Assembly (NCBI GenBank): GCA_964016885.1
Contig: OZ024741.1
Location: 237,460,001-237,524,000, forward strand
DNA length: 64,000 nucleotides
Reading direction: 5' to 3'
From: Eledone cirrhosa
Taxonomy: Eukaryota
Shown piece after piece: positions 24,300 to 37,321 of the stretch. Each line of letters begins with the position of its first letter. Within the stretch, counting starts at the first letter, position 1. A model generated the notes under the pieces. That model did no database searches. It was not told the origin of the DNA and was given only the letters and a program-made list of their open reading frames with translations. Both the position numbers and the translations under genes were made by a program.

Positions 24300-26685
24300 A
24301 AAAGCCTTTATTATCAATCTTTGGTCTTCCTGTGCCTTGAGGTGCAAAATGTGACTTGCCATGCAAAACTAACACATGGTGTTTTGTAGTGGATGGACTT
24401 GCTTTACAAATGAATTTGTGACTTTATTTTTCCAGATAACTTCTGTAAGCAATGTTGGGGAAAAGTGACCAGCTTCTTAGTCACTTTGCTGTCATTTTCC
24501 ATGTTTCACTGCCATACAAAACTATTGCACTATACAGTTTGATCTTCATTTTAGTGCTGATACTTGATGTTGTCCAGATTTGGCACATGTGCTGGAATGT
24601 GACTCCTACCTTACGAAACTTGTTGTTCACATCATATTTATTTCAAACCTAACTGCTAACAAGAATAGGAGTGAGAAGATGCAATCCTGACTAGTGATGA
24701 TGTTAAAATTTGTCAGTTTGGCCAGAATCTGTTCTGACTTAGCAGCTACAGTTTTCATAAAGACTCTGGGAGGTGTTGAGGTATACTGTAGGTTTTACGA
24801 TCTTGCATAGATATTTCTGATGTATGATGTCAAAAGCCTTTTTGAAGTCAATAAAGTCGACTGACAAGATCTTCTAGAACTCCAAGCACTGTTCCATGAT
24901 GGTTCTCAGTGTGAAAATGTGTTCTATGCATGAATGGTTAGAATGAAATCTTACTTGTTCTAGCAGTGTTTCATAAATTTTCTATCAGATCTTGCTCAGT
25001 AACATAGTGCAGAAAACCTTTCCTGTACAAAAAGCAAACAAATTCTTCATAAGTTGTTGCAGTCTCTATGTTTCTCTTTTTTGGAAACTTTATAATGACC
25101 CCTATCTTCCAATTGACAGGTATTTGCTGTTGCTTCCAGTACTTGTTGAGCAAGTTTCTCAGTAATGTTATCATTTCTGCTCCACCACACTTCAAGAGTT
25201 CAGCTGATATTTGATCATATCCAGCAGCATTGTTTGTTTGTTTTTTTGTTTCTTCAGTGCTAGCTGTCTTTCCTGAAGGCACATGGCTTAGTGGTTAGAT
25301 TCACAGTGGCAAGGTTGTGAATTCAATCTGGGGGTTGGGCAGTGCATTGTGTCCTTAAGCATGACACTTTATTTCATGTTGTTCCAGTTCACTCACCTGG
25401 AAAAAATGAGTTGCAGCATCACTGGTGCCAAGCTGTATCAGTGTTTGCCTTTCCCTTGGACCACATTAGTGTTGGGGAGAGGGAAGACTGGTATGCATGG
25501 GGAACTGTTAGTCTTCCAAAAAAATTAAAAAACACCTTGCCTAGTATTGTGCCTCAGAGGGAAACTTTCTAGGTGCAAAACCCATGGTGATTCATAACTG
25601 AAGTGGGGGTCTTTACCTTTTACTGCTGTATTTCCTTCTCTGTGATATCATCAGTTCTAACTTTGATGGTTTCAGCTGGTGGTTTTGAGTTAAAGTCAAA
25701 GAGTGTGACTAGATCTGGCTGGTTCAAGGTCTCCTGAAAATGTTCCAGGCATCTGATATTTTGTTCTTCCGATAACAAGATTTTTCCTGGTTTGTCTTCA
25801 ACTGGTACACAGCTTTTTTTTTTAACCAGTGTGCTCTTTGACACAGTGGTATAGCATTTTTGTGCCATTTCTGCTACCTGGGACTTCTGCTTCTTGCCTC
25901 TTTCTATTTTGTCTATTTTTCAGCTCCACTTTTCCAGTCAGTATAATGCCTGGTATTCAGCAGCAGCTTGTTCTCTCCCTTCTGGTTTGGCCTGTTCTCT
26001 TCTGTTCTTTGCAGCATTACATTGATCAGTTAACATGTTTTCTGTCAAGGCATGCCAAGTCCACTGTCATCTAAGTTTATACCCCAACTAAAGATGCAGA
26101 TGATACTGAGAAAGATGTGTTTTGTGAGCATCTGCAAAATGCAGCCAATGGAATTACCAGGAATGATGCCAAATTACTTAATGGTGACTTTAATGCGCAG
26201 ATCAGTAGGAAGCAACAAGGAGCCAAACATGTTATTAGACCACATGGATTGAGTAAGGAGACTGGTAAAATTGAAGAACATCTGATACTGTTTTTCAGCA
26301 TGAACACTATATGCACTGGTAATATCTATTTTGCATACAAGACAACCCATAATACATAGTGATCACCTGATGGGAACACTAACAACAAAATTGACTATGT
26401 TAGCATCAATGTTCATTGGAAGACTGCTGTACAAAATATCCAAGCCTGCTGAGGTGCTGATGTTGGATCAGATCATCTCCTGGTGAAAGCAACATTGAAA
26501 CTTCAACTGAAAGTGCAAAAGAAAATCACTGCCATCCAGCCATTTGCTGTGAGGAAGCTGGGGGGACACTACAACAGTGGAATGTTACCAGTCCCAGCGG
26601 AAGAACAGATTTCAATTACTTCATCACCACAACAGTGTTGAAGGGCAGTAGGCTATGTTCAGAACAGCAGTAACAGAAAATGTAG
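24300..26685. mobile_element. Decayed RTE LINE with its 5' endonuclease part inverted; SINE family 2 inserted at 25280-25620
   Basis: Minus-strand linker/RT motifs (EHFQETLN, AAGYDQISAELLK, DFKKAFD) at 24300-26000; plus-strand endonuclease motifs (GDFNAQI, IDYV, GSDHLLV) at 26005-26685. Confidence 0.75.
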
Positions 26686-26759
26686 TGTTTATATAAATTG
26701 TCTCTGTATATCTACTGCTTCGCACATGTACTAAAAATATATAGGTACTGATGAAAATA

Positions 26760-27250
26760 TATTATACAAAGGTGTTATGAAGAAAGATAGTGACAAAACG
26801 ATATTGTACTGGATGCATGATGCCTGCATACGAAGTGCAATGTTGCATTGAAGTGAAGTAGAGGATATGCAAAAGCTGGAGAGAAATGAAGCAAGCATGT
26901 TTTGATGTATGTTTAATATTGATATACATGAATGGCAAAGCATGGATGGTTTGTGAGAAAGGTTGGTTATAAGAGGAATTATATATAGTGTGCAAAAGTG
27001 ATTACTGTACTAGTATGGACATGTGATGTCTGTGAATGATGATTGTTGGATGAAGTGCTGTGAGTTTCCAGTGGAAGGAATCAGCAGTAGAGGAAGGCTA
27101 AGGAAGACCTAGGCAGAAGTGGTTAGAGTAGATCTCAAAATGCTGAATCTGACAGAGATGAGAAAGGAACACAGTAAGTAAAAAGAAGCTGTGCTAGAAA
27201 AGATCAATCTAACCCATGCAATCATAGAAAAGCAAAAAAAGATGAAGATG
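26760..27250 (+). mobile_element. RTE LINE C-terminal fragment
   Basis: LERNEASM, YGHVM and GRLRKT remnants; ends in a gatgaagatg tail. Confidence 0.65.
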
Positions 27251-27704
27251 AATTTGAAATATGTGAGTCAGAGCTTTCCTTTTACCAGACAATCCTTAAT
27301 TCTTTTACAGAACTAGTACTGGTACCAACATTCAGGTTACTGACTGGTTCATTGAGGAAATCCCCAGGATAGATATTTAAGTCTACAAGGTACTGATATT
27401 ACTTGGAAGTTTCCATCGAAACAGTGATATCAACAGGTTCTATCTCAGAAAAAAAGGCAAGGGAAGAAGCTTAGGACAGTGTAGATAGCCTTTGTGTGTT
27501 GTATGGAATCACTTAGCATCTATTGAACAACAGCAGCAAAATTAAATACATTAACCCTTTCATTATAATATTTCTAATGAAAATCATTGCAAATAATTTT
27601 GAAAATAATCGAGAATTAAAAAAGATTTAGTAATGTAATTAACTTTCTCATTATTAGCTAGTATTTTAAGTATAATTTAACAAAGGGGTTTTACATAAAA
27701 TTAT

Positions 27705-27897
27705 AATTGTTTCTATTTTAGGCACAAGGCCAGCAATTACCCAGTGCATTACTGGTACTTTATTTTATCGACCCCGTAAGGATGAAAGGCAAAGTTAACC
27801 TCGGCGGGATTTGAACTCAGATCATAAAGGGACGTAACTCTATGCGTCAAAGCATTGTGTCCGACCCTCTACCGATACTGCCAATCTACCGCCCCTC
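27705..27897 (-). mobile_element. SINE family 1 inserted into a TTAA-bounded element, with 16-bp TSD
   Basis: TSD tacataaaattataat at 27692-27707 and 27898-27913. Confidence 0.9.
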
Positions 27898-28164
27898 TAC
27901 ATAAAATTATAATGGAAGGTTTTTAGATTAACATAAACACTAAAGTAAACAACTTTGTACCATAGAACTAGGTGATTTGGTATCAAAAGGGTTAACCAAG
28001 TGCTCTAAAGTAAAGAGAAAAACATTGAGAGTAAACTCTTCAAGAAATACTCACAATCAATGTGACCCTAGAATGGCTTGACTAGTTTAGACCAGTGAGA
28101 AAGATATACATTTTTCTCCTGATTCTTCGGAATTGGGCCATAACAATGTTTCCTTGTGCTAAAT

Positions 28165-28575
28165 ATATTATAATAATAATAATGAAATTATTGTGTAAAG
28201 TGCTCAGGTGCACTACAACTCGTCAAATGTATAGTACATAGAATAATACACAAATGTCAGGGAAGTGAATAGTGTATGAGTCATGATATACATGTGTGTA
28301 TGTGTATGGAGGGGAAACATTAGGTGTAGTGTTGGCGAATCTCGGGAAGCATGGAGGCCTTAAAGAATGCAGTGTCTCGACAGCTAACAACCGATGCAGG
28401 TAGTTTGTTCCATGCTTCAGCAACTCTGAGCGTGAAAAAATGTTTCCGAAAGTCATGGGAACTGTACTATTTTCTGACTTTGTGGGCATGTCCACGTGTG
28501 TTAGACACATGGAAATCAAAAAGGTACTCAGGGTTGTTGTTGGCAAGATGGTTAACAATTTTGTGGGTGTTTACC
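28165..28575 (-). mobile_element. CR1-group LINE 3' fragment
   Basis: Reverse complement near-identical to 7338-7690; (ATT)n tail. Confidence 0.9.
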
Positions 28576-30082
28576 AAGTCTATTTCCCAAGTCTATTTAC
28601 CAAGTCTGTTTACCAAGTTTATTTCAGACATTAAGACTGATATGTCATTGATACCAGTAATTATGTTCTAACATGGTATAATTTCGTACCTCGTGCATTC
28701 ACATTACATATAAACATGCATACATCACATTTATTTATTTCATCAAATTAATATTGGATTTAATATGTTCATTAGTTTTTCTGTCATTAATTTTATGTAG
28801 ATTAAATTTTTTTTTTAATGGATATTTTATTATGGAGTTTTTTGCCATCTTGTTATTAGATAAACTGTTTGATTTTTCTGAATTGTTTCTACACATTTAT
28901 CACTACACATATATTAAATGTTGATTATGCCACATCAAATTATTGTATTTAATGGATTGTATTTTCCTTGAAATACTCATTATCAATGCATTCTTATTTC
29001 ATATTGAACTTCATCTTATCTACAATATTGTAGATCATCATCATAATTTAACTTCCATCTTCCCTGCTTGCAAGGGTTGGACAAGTCTTCATAGACTGAG
29101 TCAGTACTCAACTACTGAGCTCTCAGATGGGCTAGGGCCCTACACCTTGTTTACATATGTTCAAACACTCTACTGAGTGCATTTTATCAAGACACCAACA
29201 CTAAGGAAGTTCTTAGGTCTTTGACATGGCTGGATGTCCTTCATATCACCAACCACTTTACGGAGTGTACTAGGTGTGTATGTTTTGCAGATCACCAAAA
29301 CTAGAAAATTTGTCATGTCTTCAACACTACTCTATCCACTTTGAGTTCAAATTCAACTCGGTCTCGGTCAGTGTGAGCCAGCAGTGGATCAAAAGTAGCG
29401 AGGTAGAAAAAAATCTTTGATTAATATATCTCAGTCGTCTGAATATTAGGGTGAAAGATTGGGCAGATGATTACAGAGGTGGTCTTCATAGTGCTTTCTA
29501 ATTTAGGTACAAGGCCAGCAATTTGGGGAGAGATGGGAAGGTTGATTAAATCGACCTCAGTGTGTTTCTGGTAATTTATTTTATTGACCCCTTAAGGATG
29601 AAAAGCAAAGCTAACCTTGGTAGGATTTGAACTTAGAACATAAATGGCTGTAATCATATGTCACAAGCATGTTATCCAGCTCTCTACCTATACTGCCAAT
29701 CCACTGCCCTTCATAGTAATATTTATTTCAATGTCACCAATTTTCCAGTTACTTTGGTTGAATAAAAAAACTAGGTACTGGTAATATATGAGATACACAA
29801 CCAATCAATTATATTTATTGCCTAAGATTGTGCTTAAGAGAGAAAATGTTCTTTTTTTCCTAAGATGTTTCATCTTTACTTGACCAAAGATGTATAATAT
29901 ATGTATATATCTATGTAATGTATATTTATATGTAATGTTTGATTGTTGTGTATTTGTTTATATAGAATGTTTAGCCCATCAAACCAATGATTTAAGTACA
30001 TAAGAAAACCTTATCTCTCAAAACTATGTGTGCGCGCATATTAAAATATCTGTTTGTTGAACTGACATGCGAACTAGATTTG

Positions 30083-30132
<50 letters not shown>
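30083..30132. repeat. Perfect (AAT)n microsatellite
   Basis: Direct run of about 16 units. Confidence 0.95.
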
Positions 30133-30133
<1 letters not shown>

Positions 30134-30799
30134 TGATGATGATGATGGTTTATGTTAATAGAAAACTGTAAAGCAGGAGACTTTAAACTGTTTACACCGG
30201 CTACAATAAGTAAATAAATTATCTAATCTATATTTGATTTGTTTTTCTTTTAAACCTCAGAATACTTGCAAGTTCAGTATTGAAACCCTTTCACTAAACT
30301 CCACGCATCCGTCACCAACTTCGTTGTTTATTTATTTATTCTTTGTTACTTTGTTAAATGAAATCTTTGAAAGAGATTCAAGCCCTAGCCTGGCCTGAGA
30401 GAGGATGTAAGACTGCTGTTTAGCGAGGAACTGTGTGAGTGGGCGGTAGCAGAACAGCACCAACTCCAGACAAGTGCGCAAGACTTAGCTGTCATATAAA
30501 CCCGACACTCGGCTGGAATTTCGGAGGTTTTTTATGTTGTTTTTGTTGATGTTTGTTTCGTGTTTTTTTACTTGTTTGGTTGTTGTTGTTGTTCTTATTT
30601 TTTTCCCAGCCACCAACCAGACATGGTGGAAAGAAAGAAAAAAATAATATATATATATATATATATGTCGACAATGTGTAATTCCTCCCTCATCTATTTA
30701 TTGAAGATGTTTTTTCTAAATTTCATTGCATTGTTCTAACCATCTACCTATCTCTCTCACTCCCGTTGTAGCTGTACTTTGTTCACACACACACATACA

Positions 30800-30867
<68 letters not shown>

Positions 30868-32614
30868 TAGCGTGACAAAGTGACCTTACTTCATTTACAA
30901 ACACACACACCGAAACATACACATTCATACATGCAATTCTCAAACATATACACACACATTCTCCCATTTTCTCTCGCTTACACACAAACATTGAAATGCA
31001 CATACACTCTCGATCATATATACGTTTTCACACAACACTCACAAATATAGACGGGTGTGTATGCATGTGTGCGCATATGTAACGTGTATGTCTGCTTATG
31101 CAACTTCTCATGTATGAATATGTATATCTCAATAAATATACATACTTGTACGTTTATCTGTACTATAAAATGGTGAAATATATATGTATGTTATGTATGA
31201 ATTTCTAGATGTCTATATGTATGTTCACGTATATGTGAGTGAATATGTGTACATGTCTGTGTTGCTATATGTGCATGTGCATTTACGTTTATGTGCAAAT
31301 GTGTGTTTAAATGTATAGGTGTGAATATATCTATATGTTATGTACGCGTGAGTGTATAATTGAGTATATATATATATATGTGTGAATATGCGTATGTGTA
31401 TGAATGTGTGTAAGTAAGCCAAGCGATAAAGATGTTGGAATGTAGACGGAAAGAAATGTGTACGAGAGCATCCATGCAAAATCTGTGGCGTGAGGCAGTG
31501 TATACTTGACATGTAGTTGTGTCTGTGTGTTCGTATCTATGTCAATATGTAAATGTGTGTGTCTATAGATATTGTCTGTGTGTGCGTATGCCAATATGTG
31601 GATATGTACGTCTATAGATATACTGTATGCGTATGCATGTCAATATGTAGATGTGTGTGCCTGTAGATATTCTTTGTGTATCAAAATGTAGAGGTGTGCG
31701 TATGCATATGTGTATCTAGATATTCTATGTGTGTGTCTGCGTATGCATGTCAATATGTAGATGTATCTGTAGATATTCTGTGTGTAGGTGACTGTATGTC
31801 AATATGCGTGTCTATAGATATTGTGTACGTGCATATGTATGCAGATATGTAAATATTCTGTGTGCGAGCGTATACATGTCAGTATGCAGTTGTGTGTATG
31901 TTAATTGCCAGATGTCTGTGTATGTTAATTGCCAGGTGGGTGCGCGCGTGCGCTTAATCTGCATATGTGTTTTTATGTGCATGCGTGAATGCGTACGTTC
32001 TATGCTTACGTTTGTGCGTGCTTTCTCTGCATACCTGTATTTATGTGTATGTGTCAGTACAATCTAGTATGCGTATATGTATGATTGTGTGTGTGTATTC
32101 CCCCCTCGCCCCCCCCCCCTGTATAATATCTAACATGAAGGTTCCTCGTTAGTATACATGTTAATGTATGCCTGCATGTTTGTTTATGTGTGTGTGCGTA
32201 TTGTATATATGTTACGCATACTTGTATGTGTGTACGATATATATATATAATGTATATATGTGTGTGTGTGAGCGTCTATGAATACATACATGTTGATATG
32301 CTACGAATCAAACAATATATCGACATAAATATGCACACATATGAGTACGCAGACGAAACTCCGGAGTAACAAGTCTCTTACATGACCTTAATAAATAATT
32401 ATTAATCTCTACTATGATATTGTGAATTCATTCTCGCGATCGTTAATAATGTATATATATGTATGTGTGAGCGCGCGCGTGTGTGTCGGTCCTCGCTCGC
32501 TATATTCCGACGAGACTTTATTTGTAAGTATACACTATGTGCAGGGCGCTCTTCTTTCCCCTTTCCTATATCGATCTGACTTTTTTTTGTCGAACCAAAT
32601 AGATAGGTTAATAT

Positions 32615-32657
32615 GCTTCGCCGAGGAGATCTATTAAGATCGAAACATGTCCGTTGC
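32615..32657 (+). ncRNA. Minimal type I hammerhead-like motif with a variant core
   Basis: gcttcg-CCGAGGA-gatct/atta/agatc-GAAA-catg-TC-cgttgc; U4C core change and two mismatches in stem I. Confidence 0.5.
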
Positions 32658-32941
32658 TTTCACAAAACTGGCTTATAAGACTAAGTGCACACCCATTGTC
32701 TTCGATTGTCAAAAAAAAAAAAAAAAAAAATTTGGATCAGTCAAGGCTGTAGGAGGAGTTCATTCCCTTGCATGCTTTCCATCACCTGAACAATCCTAAT
32801 GGGAGTTTCAGGTTTAAAATTGCGAGGATAGTTTGAAAATTTTTCTCCACTAGACATATTCCGACAGTGAGACCCCACTGTGTGTGTGTGTCATCATCAC
32901 CATCATCATTTAACATCCACTTATATGTTTATATGTGTGTG

Positions 32942-32988
<47 letters not shown>

Positions 32989-33144
32989 GAAAATGAACGA
33001 ACAAAACACAGGAGGCAATTGTACACAATATATATATATATACACACGAACATATACATACACTTACAATATGTATATATGTATATATGTCACTTATGTG
33101 TAAATTAGACTGTGTTTGTGAATATATATACACATGGTGATATA

Positions 33145-33220
33145 TTAGGTTGTAACATAAATTTGCCCCTTTTTAATTAAACGAATTACAACAACGGCGG
33201 GAATTTATGTTACAACCTAA
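33145..33220. mobile_element. 76-bp mariner-type MITE (MADE1-like architecture)
   Basis: Perfect 19-bp TIRs ttaggttgtaacataaatt / aatttatgttacaacctaa with TA on both sides. Confidence 0.85.
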
Positions 33221-34288
33221 TATGTTACTCACAGTTGTCTATGCTACACACAGTTGTCTGTCTATAACCTGTTTCTATTTCTCAACATGTACATATATGC
33301 ATGTATATAGTATATATACCACCAATGTATATTTCTCTATGTATGTCAACTGTGTATGTCTGTCTATATTGCATGGATATTAGTGTACTGCAGGTTAGTC
33401 GACAAGCTTTGGTGCTGGGAAGGGAGGTCAGAGCATTCTGGATGGGCATTTTTTCGCAAGAAACGTACTTCAGGATGTTTTTTTTTTTAATGAATCCTAT
33501 TTTCTAAATCTGAGAGTGCACAATTGAAAAGTGTATGTGTATGTGTGGAGGGGAGTTGATGACATCCAGTGCAACGAGCCTGGTGTACTGTGTATGTATT
33601 TCTCTATTTTTGAGCAATGTATGTATATATGGATCCGTAACTCCATCATCATCGCCATCATCATTTAATGCCTGTCTTCCCTGTTAGCAAGGGCTGGAAG
33701 AGTCGTCACTGACAAGGTCAGTATTTAATCGGGGCTACTGATCTCTTAGATAGGTCGGCATCATATTTACAGAATGCACTGGGTAGATTTCATGACACCA
33801 GCACAAGGGTGGTTGTCATGTCTTAGATACAATTAAAAAGCACCTCCGACCCTATGTTTAGCAGGTTTTCTACAGCTTTTCTTATCACCAACCTCTTTAC
33901 AGAGTGTATTGGGTACATTTTACCTTGTTGCCAACATTAGAGCAGTTGTTATTCACTTGACACAGCTGAAGGGTCATCTCAACCCTTTTTTTAGTATGGT
34001 TTCTACAGCTGGGTGCTCTTCCTAACACCAAACATTTTACAGCGAGTACTGGGTGCATCGTGGAACCAGCACTCGGGGAAATTGTCAATCAATTATTTGA
34101 CTGGAGAGCTCTCTCTACCCTATGGGTGGGAAAGGGGAAATGATGACTTATCCCATGTTAGATATATTTAGGCCAAGAATAGAATGGGGGAAGAGGTAAG
34201 AAGGGGATAAGTATATGGGGTCATAGGTAAGTTGCAGTATCTGTGAGGGAGTGAGGCAAGAAATTTGGTGTCATGGGTGTATGACAAA

Positions 34289-34743
34289 TGTCTTTGAGAG
34301 GTGTAGTTGGGTAAGGTCGGTGATAAAAGCCGACCTTACCCAACTACACCTCTCAAAGACAATGACACACGACCGTGACTTCTGGCGTCACGCAGTAATA
34401 CAGAGTACCCGACCTCCCATGGGTACATGCTGAAGCATATAAACAATATGCCCCCACACCCCCCACCGCAAGGTGGTCGTGGACGTGCCACGGCAAAAAA
34501 GCACCCAGTCCACACTGTAAAGTGGACGTGTAGGCGCCACGAAAAAGCACCCAGCACTCACTGTAAATGAGGTTGGTGTTAGGAAGGGCATCCAGCTGTA
34601 GAAATCAAGCCAGATCAGTTCCTGTATGAGCAAGGCATGGTCAGCCGACCAGACACTGCCCACAACAGGACAACCCGTCTAACCCATGCTAGCGTGGAAG
34701 AATGGACGTAAAACGGTGATGATGATGATGATGATGATGATGA
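34289..34743 (+). mobile_element. Young 5'-truncated RTE insertion with a 32-bp foldback at its 5' junction
   Basis: Codes VIKADLTQLHLSKTMTHDRDFWRHAVI, then the 3' UTR and (GAT)n; 34289-34320 is the exact reverse complement of 34330-34361. Confidence 0.85.
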
Positions 34744-35249
34744 TTTAGAGGAGGGAGTGAGAAAGCATGTCATTGGTGTATGACTAGTGTTGGGGATTTG
34801 ACAGGGTGATATGTGAGAGAAAAAGGGCCTGAGGTGATCTTGTGTAGAGTAGAGTGATAGATTATTGATGATAGATGAGAGCAGTTACCTTGTAGCAGTT
34901 GACTATAATACTGTTGCACCAGCTATTTGATTGATTATGTTCCTGACAAGCTGGGAATCTACCATGCAAGATGCTTTTAACATCTCAGTAGCTATACCAG
35001 ATGGTCTAGTTGCTTTCCTTACCTTCATATCCTTAATCACTTGGTTTGTCTATTATACTGCTGTCAAATTTCAGGACTGGTCCCTCAATTGGATCTATAT
35101 GGGATAGGCCCTCACTGTTCCATTTATACTTATTGTTCAACAATGTCTCATAGTGGGACCTCTGTCATAATAGGACTTCTATACATGTTTCTGTTTGGCA
35201 TCAGACAGGGCAGGTGCTCCACTATCATTATGAACACATTTTTCTCAAC

Positions 35250-37170
35250 CACGCATGATTTTCTCTAACAGTTTTGTGATCTTCACACCTTTTTGTCCTC
35301 TTTTCTGCTTTTTCCCTGGCATGTAGCCTTTCTCTAGCTGTTTAGTATTGCTCTGTATTTCCCCATTTCCTCAAGTTTTTCCATCACTTTCTGCCTAACT
35401 GGGGGTCTTACTCCAGCTGTAGAGTTGGTCTATGGCTTTCAGCAGATTGTTTCATTTAAATTTCAAATTTTTCTTTATGCTATAGGTCTCCATCTCTTCT
35501 TCCTTCCTCTTGTAGGTGTTGTGTAGAATTTTTCTGAATTTGTTGTCAGTTGAAGATTCTTTCAGCTCCCATGTCTTTCTTCTACATATCAGCTTTTATC
35601 TATGAGTCTGCCTGACCCTTACACTAATAACTAATCTATGTTTGAAGATACATTCTTTACCAGGAAATGACTTAGCCTTTACGGCCTGTTCCATTTCCTA
35701 GTGAGGATGAAGTCCATTTGGCTTGTATGCCCCACTGATTGAAAGATAATCCAGAATTATGTTGCAGATTTTTGAGTCATATGCATCCCAACACTGTAGA
35801 TGTTTTGATCCTTTTTCATTTCTTGTCCAATACCCATAGCTTCCAAGTACTTTGGAGAAACCACTGTAGTTTTGCCCAACATATCCATGATAAGGGAGTC
35901 ACTGTTGTTTGTCTTTAAACGGACCTCTTACAGTGGTCCATCTGTTCATTTGCAAACCCAACTTGTGGAGCATATGCAGATTAGGGTAGCATTTGTATTG
36001 TCCAATGCTTCTAAGTTTAATTATCTTATTTGACACTCTGATGACCTCAGTTACCACATCCATCCATTTCTCTGCCAGTATGATTCCTACATTACCCACA
36101 CCATCATTGTTATCCACCCAGAAGAACTTGTACCTCTCTTCTGTGCCTCTGATAAGTTTGACTGAAGCACGTCTCCATCTCACCTTTTCTACACAGCACA
36201 CATCTTTTCATTTAATGTCCATTTTCTACTCTAGCATGGGTAGGATGGGCTGTCCCTTTGTGAGAGTTCAGGTCGGAGGACCGTGTTTCGCTCACACAGA
36301 AACTATTTTGGCTTGGTTTCTACAGCTAGATGCCCTTCCTAACGCCAACTACACTTACAGTGTGTGCTGGGTTACACAACCACTTTACAGTGTGGGCTTG
36401 GCACTTTTTTATCATGTCACCTACACGACCACTTTAGAGTGTGGACTGCTTTTGTCGAGACACCTCCACGACCACATTATAGTGTGGGCTGGGCTCTTTC
36501 ATTGTGGCTCCAAGGGAGATAACTTTACGGGGGTGGAAGTTGCTTGGGGAAATTGGGGACGTAGGTATAGGGGTGGGATGATTACAGCAAGGGAGATGGT
36601 AGGCGAAGGTGTTTCCTACTAAATATATGCCTCAGCTCAAGCATATAGGAGGGTAGGTCTTCTGTAATACTTCATAACACCAGAGATCACGCTCCTGTGT
36701 CATCGCCTTAGTGTAATTCTGCAAAGTCAGCTTTTATTACCTCATCCCAAGTTTTCCTAGGCCTGCCTACTCCATGGCTACCGTCAAATTTGAGCACTGT
36801 GTACCTTTTTATACAGCTGTCATCCTTCATATGCATCACATGTACATAGCAATGCAATCTCCTCTCAAGTACACAACATCTGATCCCTCTTATGCCCAAT
36901 TTTTCACACAGTTCGTTTATGCTTTGCCGTTCATGTATATTGCACATCGATCGAAGCATACAGGCTTTATTTCTTTCCAATCTTCACAGGTTCTCTGCAC
37001 ACAGTGCCCAGATCTCACTGCTGTGCAACATTGTTGTTCATATACATGCATCATTCAGTCTGCCTTTCATTTTGAGGGAAAAACCTTTTGTAGTTAGCAG
37101 TGATAGTAGCTCCCTGAACTTTCTTCAACCCGATCTCACTCTGGTTACTGTGCTTTCGGAACACCCTATC
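35250..37170 (-). mobile_element. Cluster of decayed RTE LINE fragments (endonuclease, 3' UTR, RT C-terminus)
   Basis: ORF 35899..36201 (VRWR...YKFFW...GVGNVGIILAEKW) and ORF 36708..36980 (ERRLHCYVHV...GRPRKTWDEVIK). Confidence 0.8.
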
Positions 37171-37285
37171 CCCATATATATAATATATATATATATATAT
37201 TATATATATATGCATCCATATATACATATATGCATACAGACACATACACTCACATACATACACACACATGCATATATATAATATT

Positions 37286-37321
<36 letters not shown>

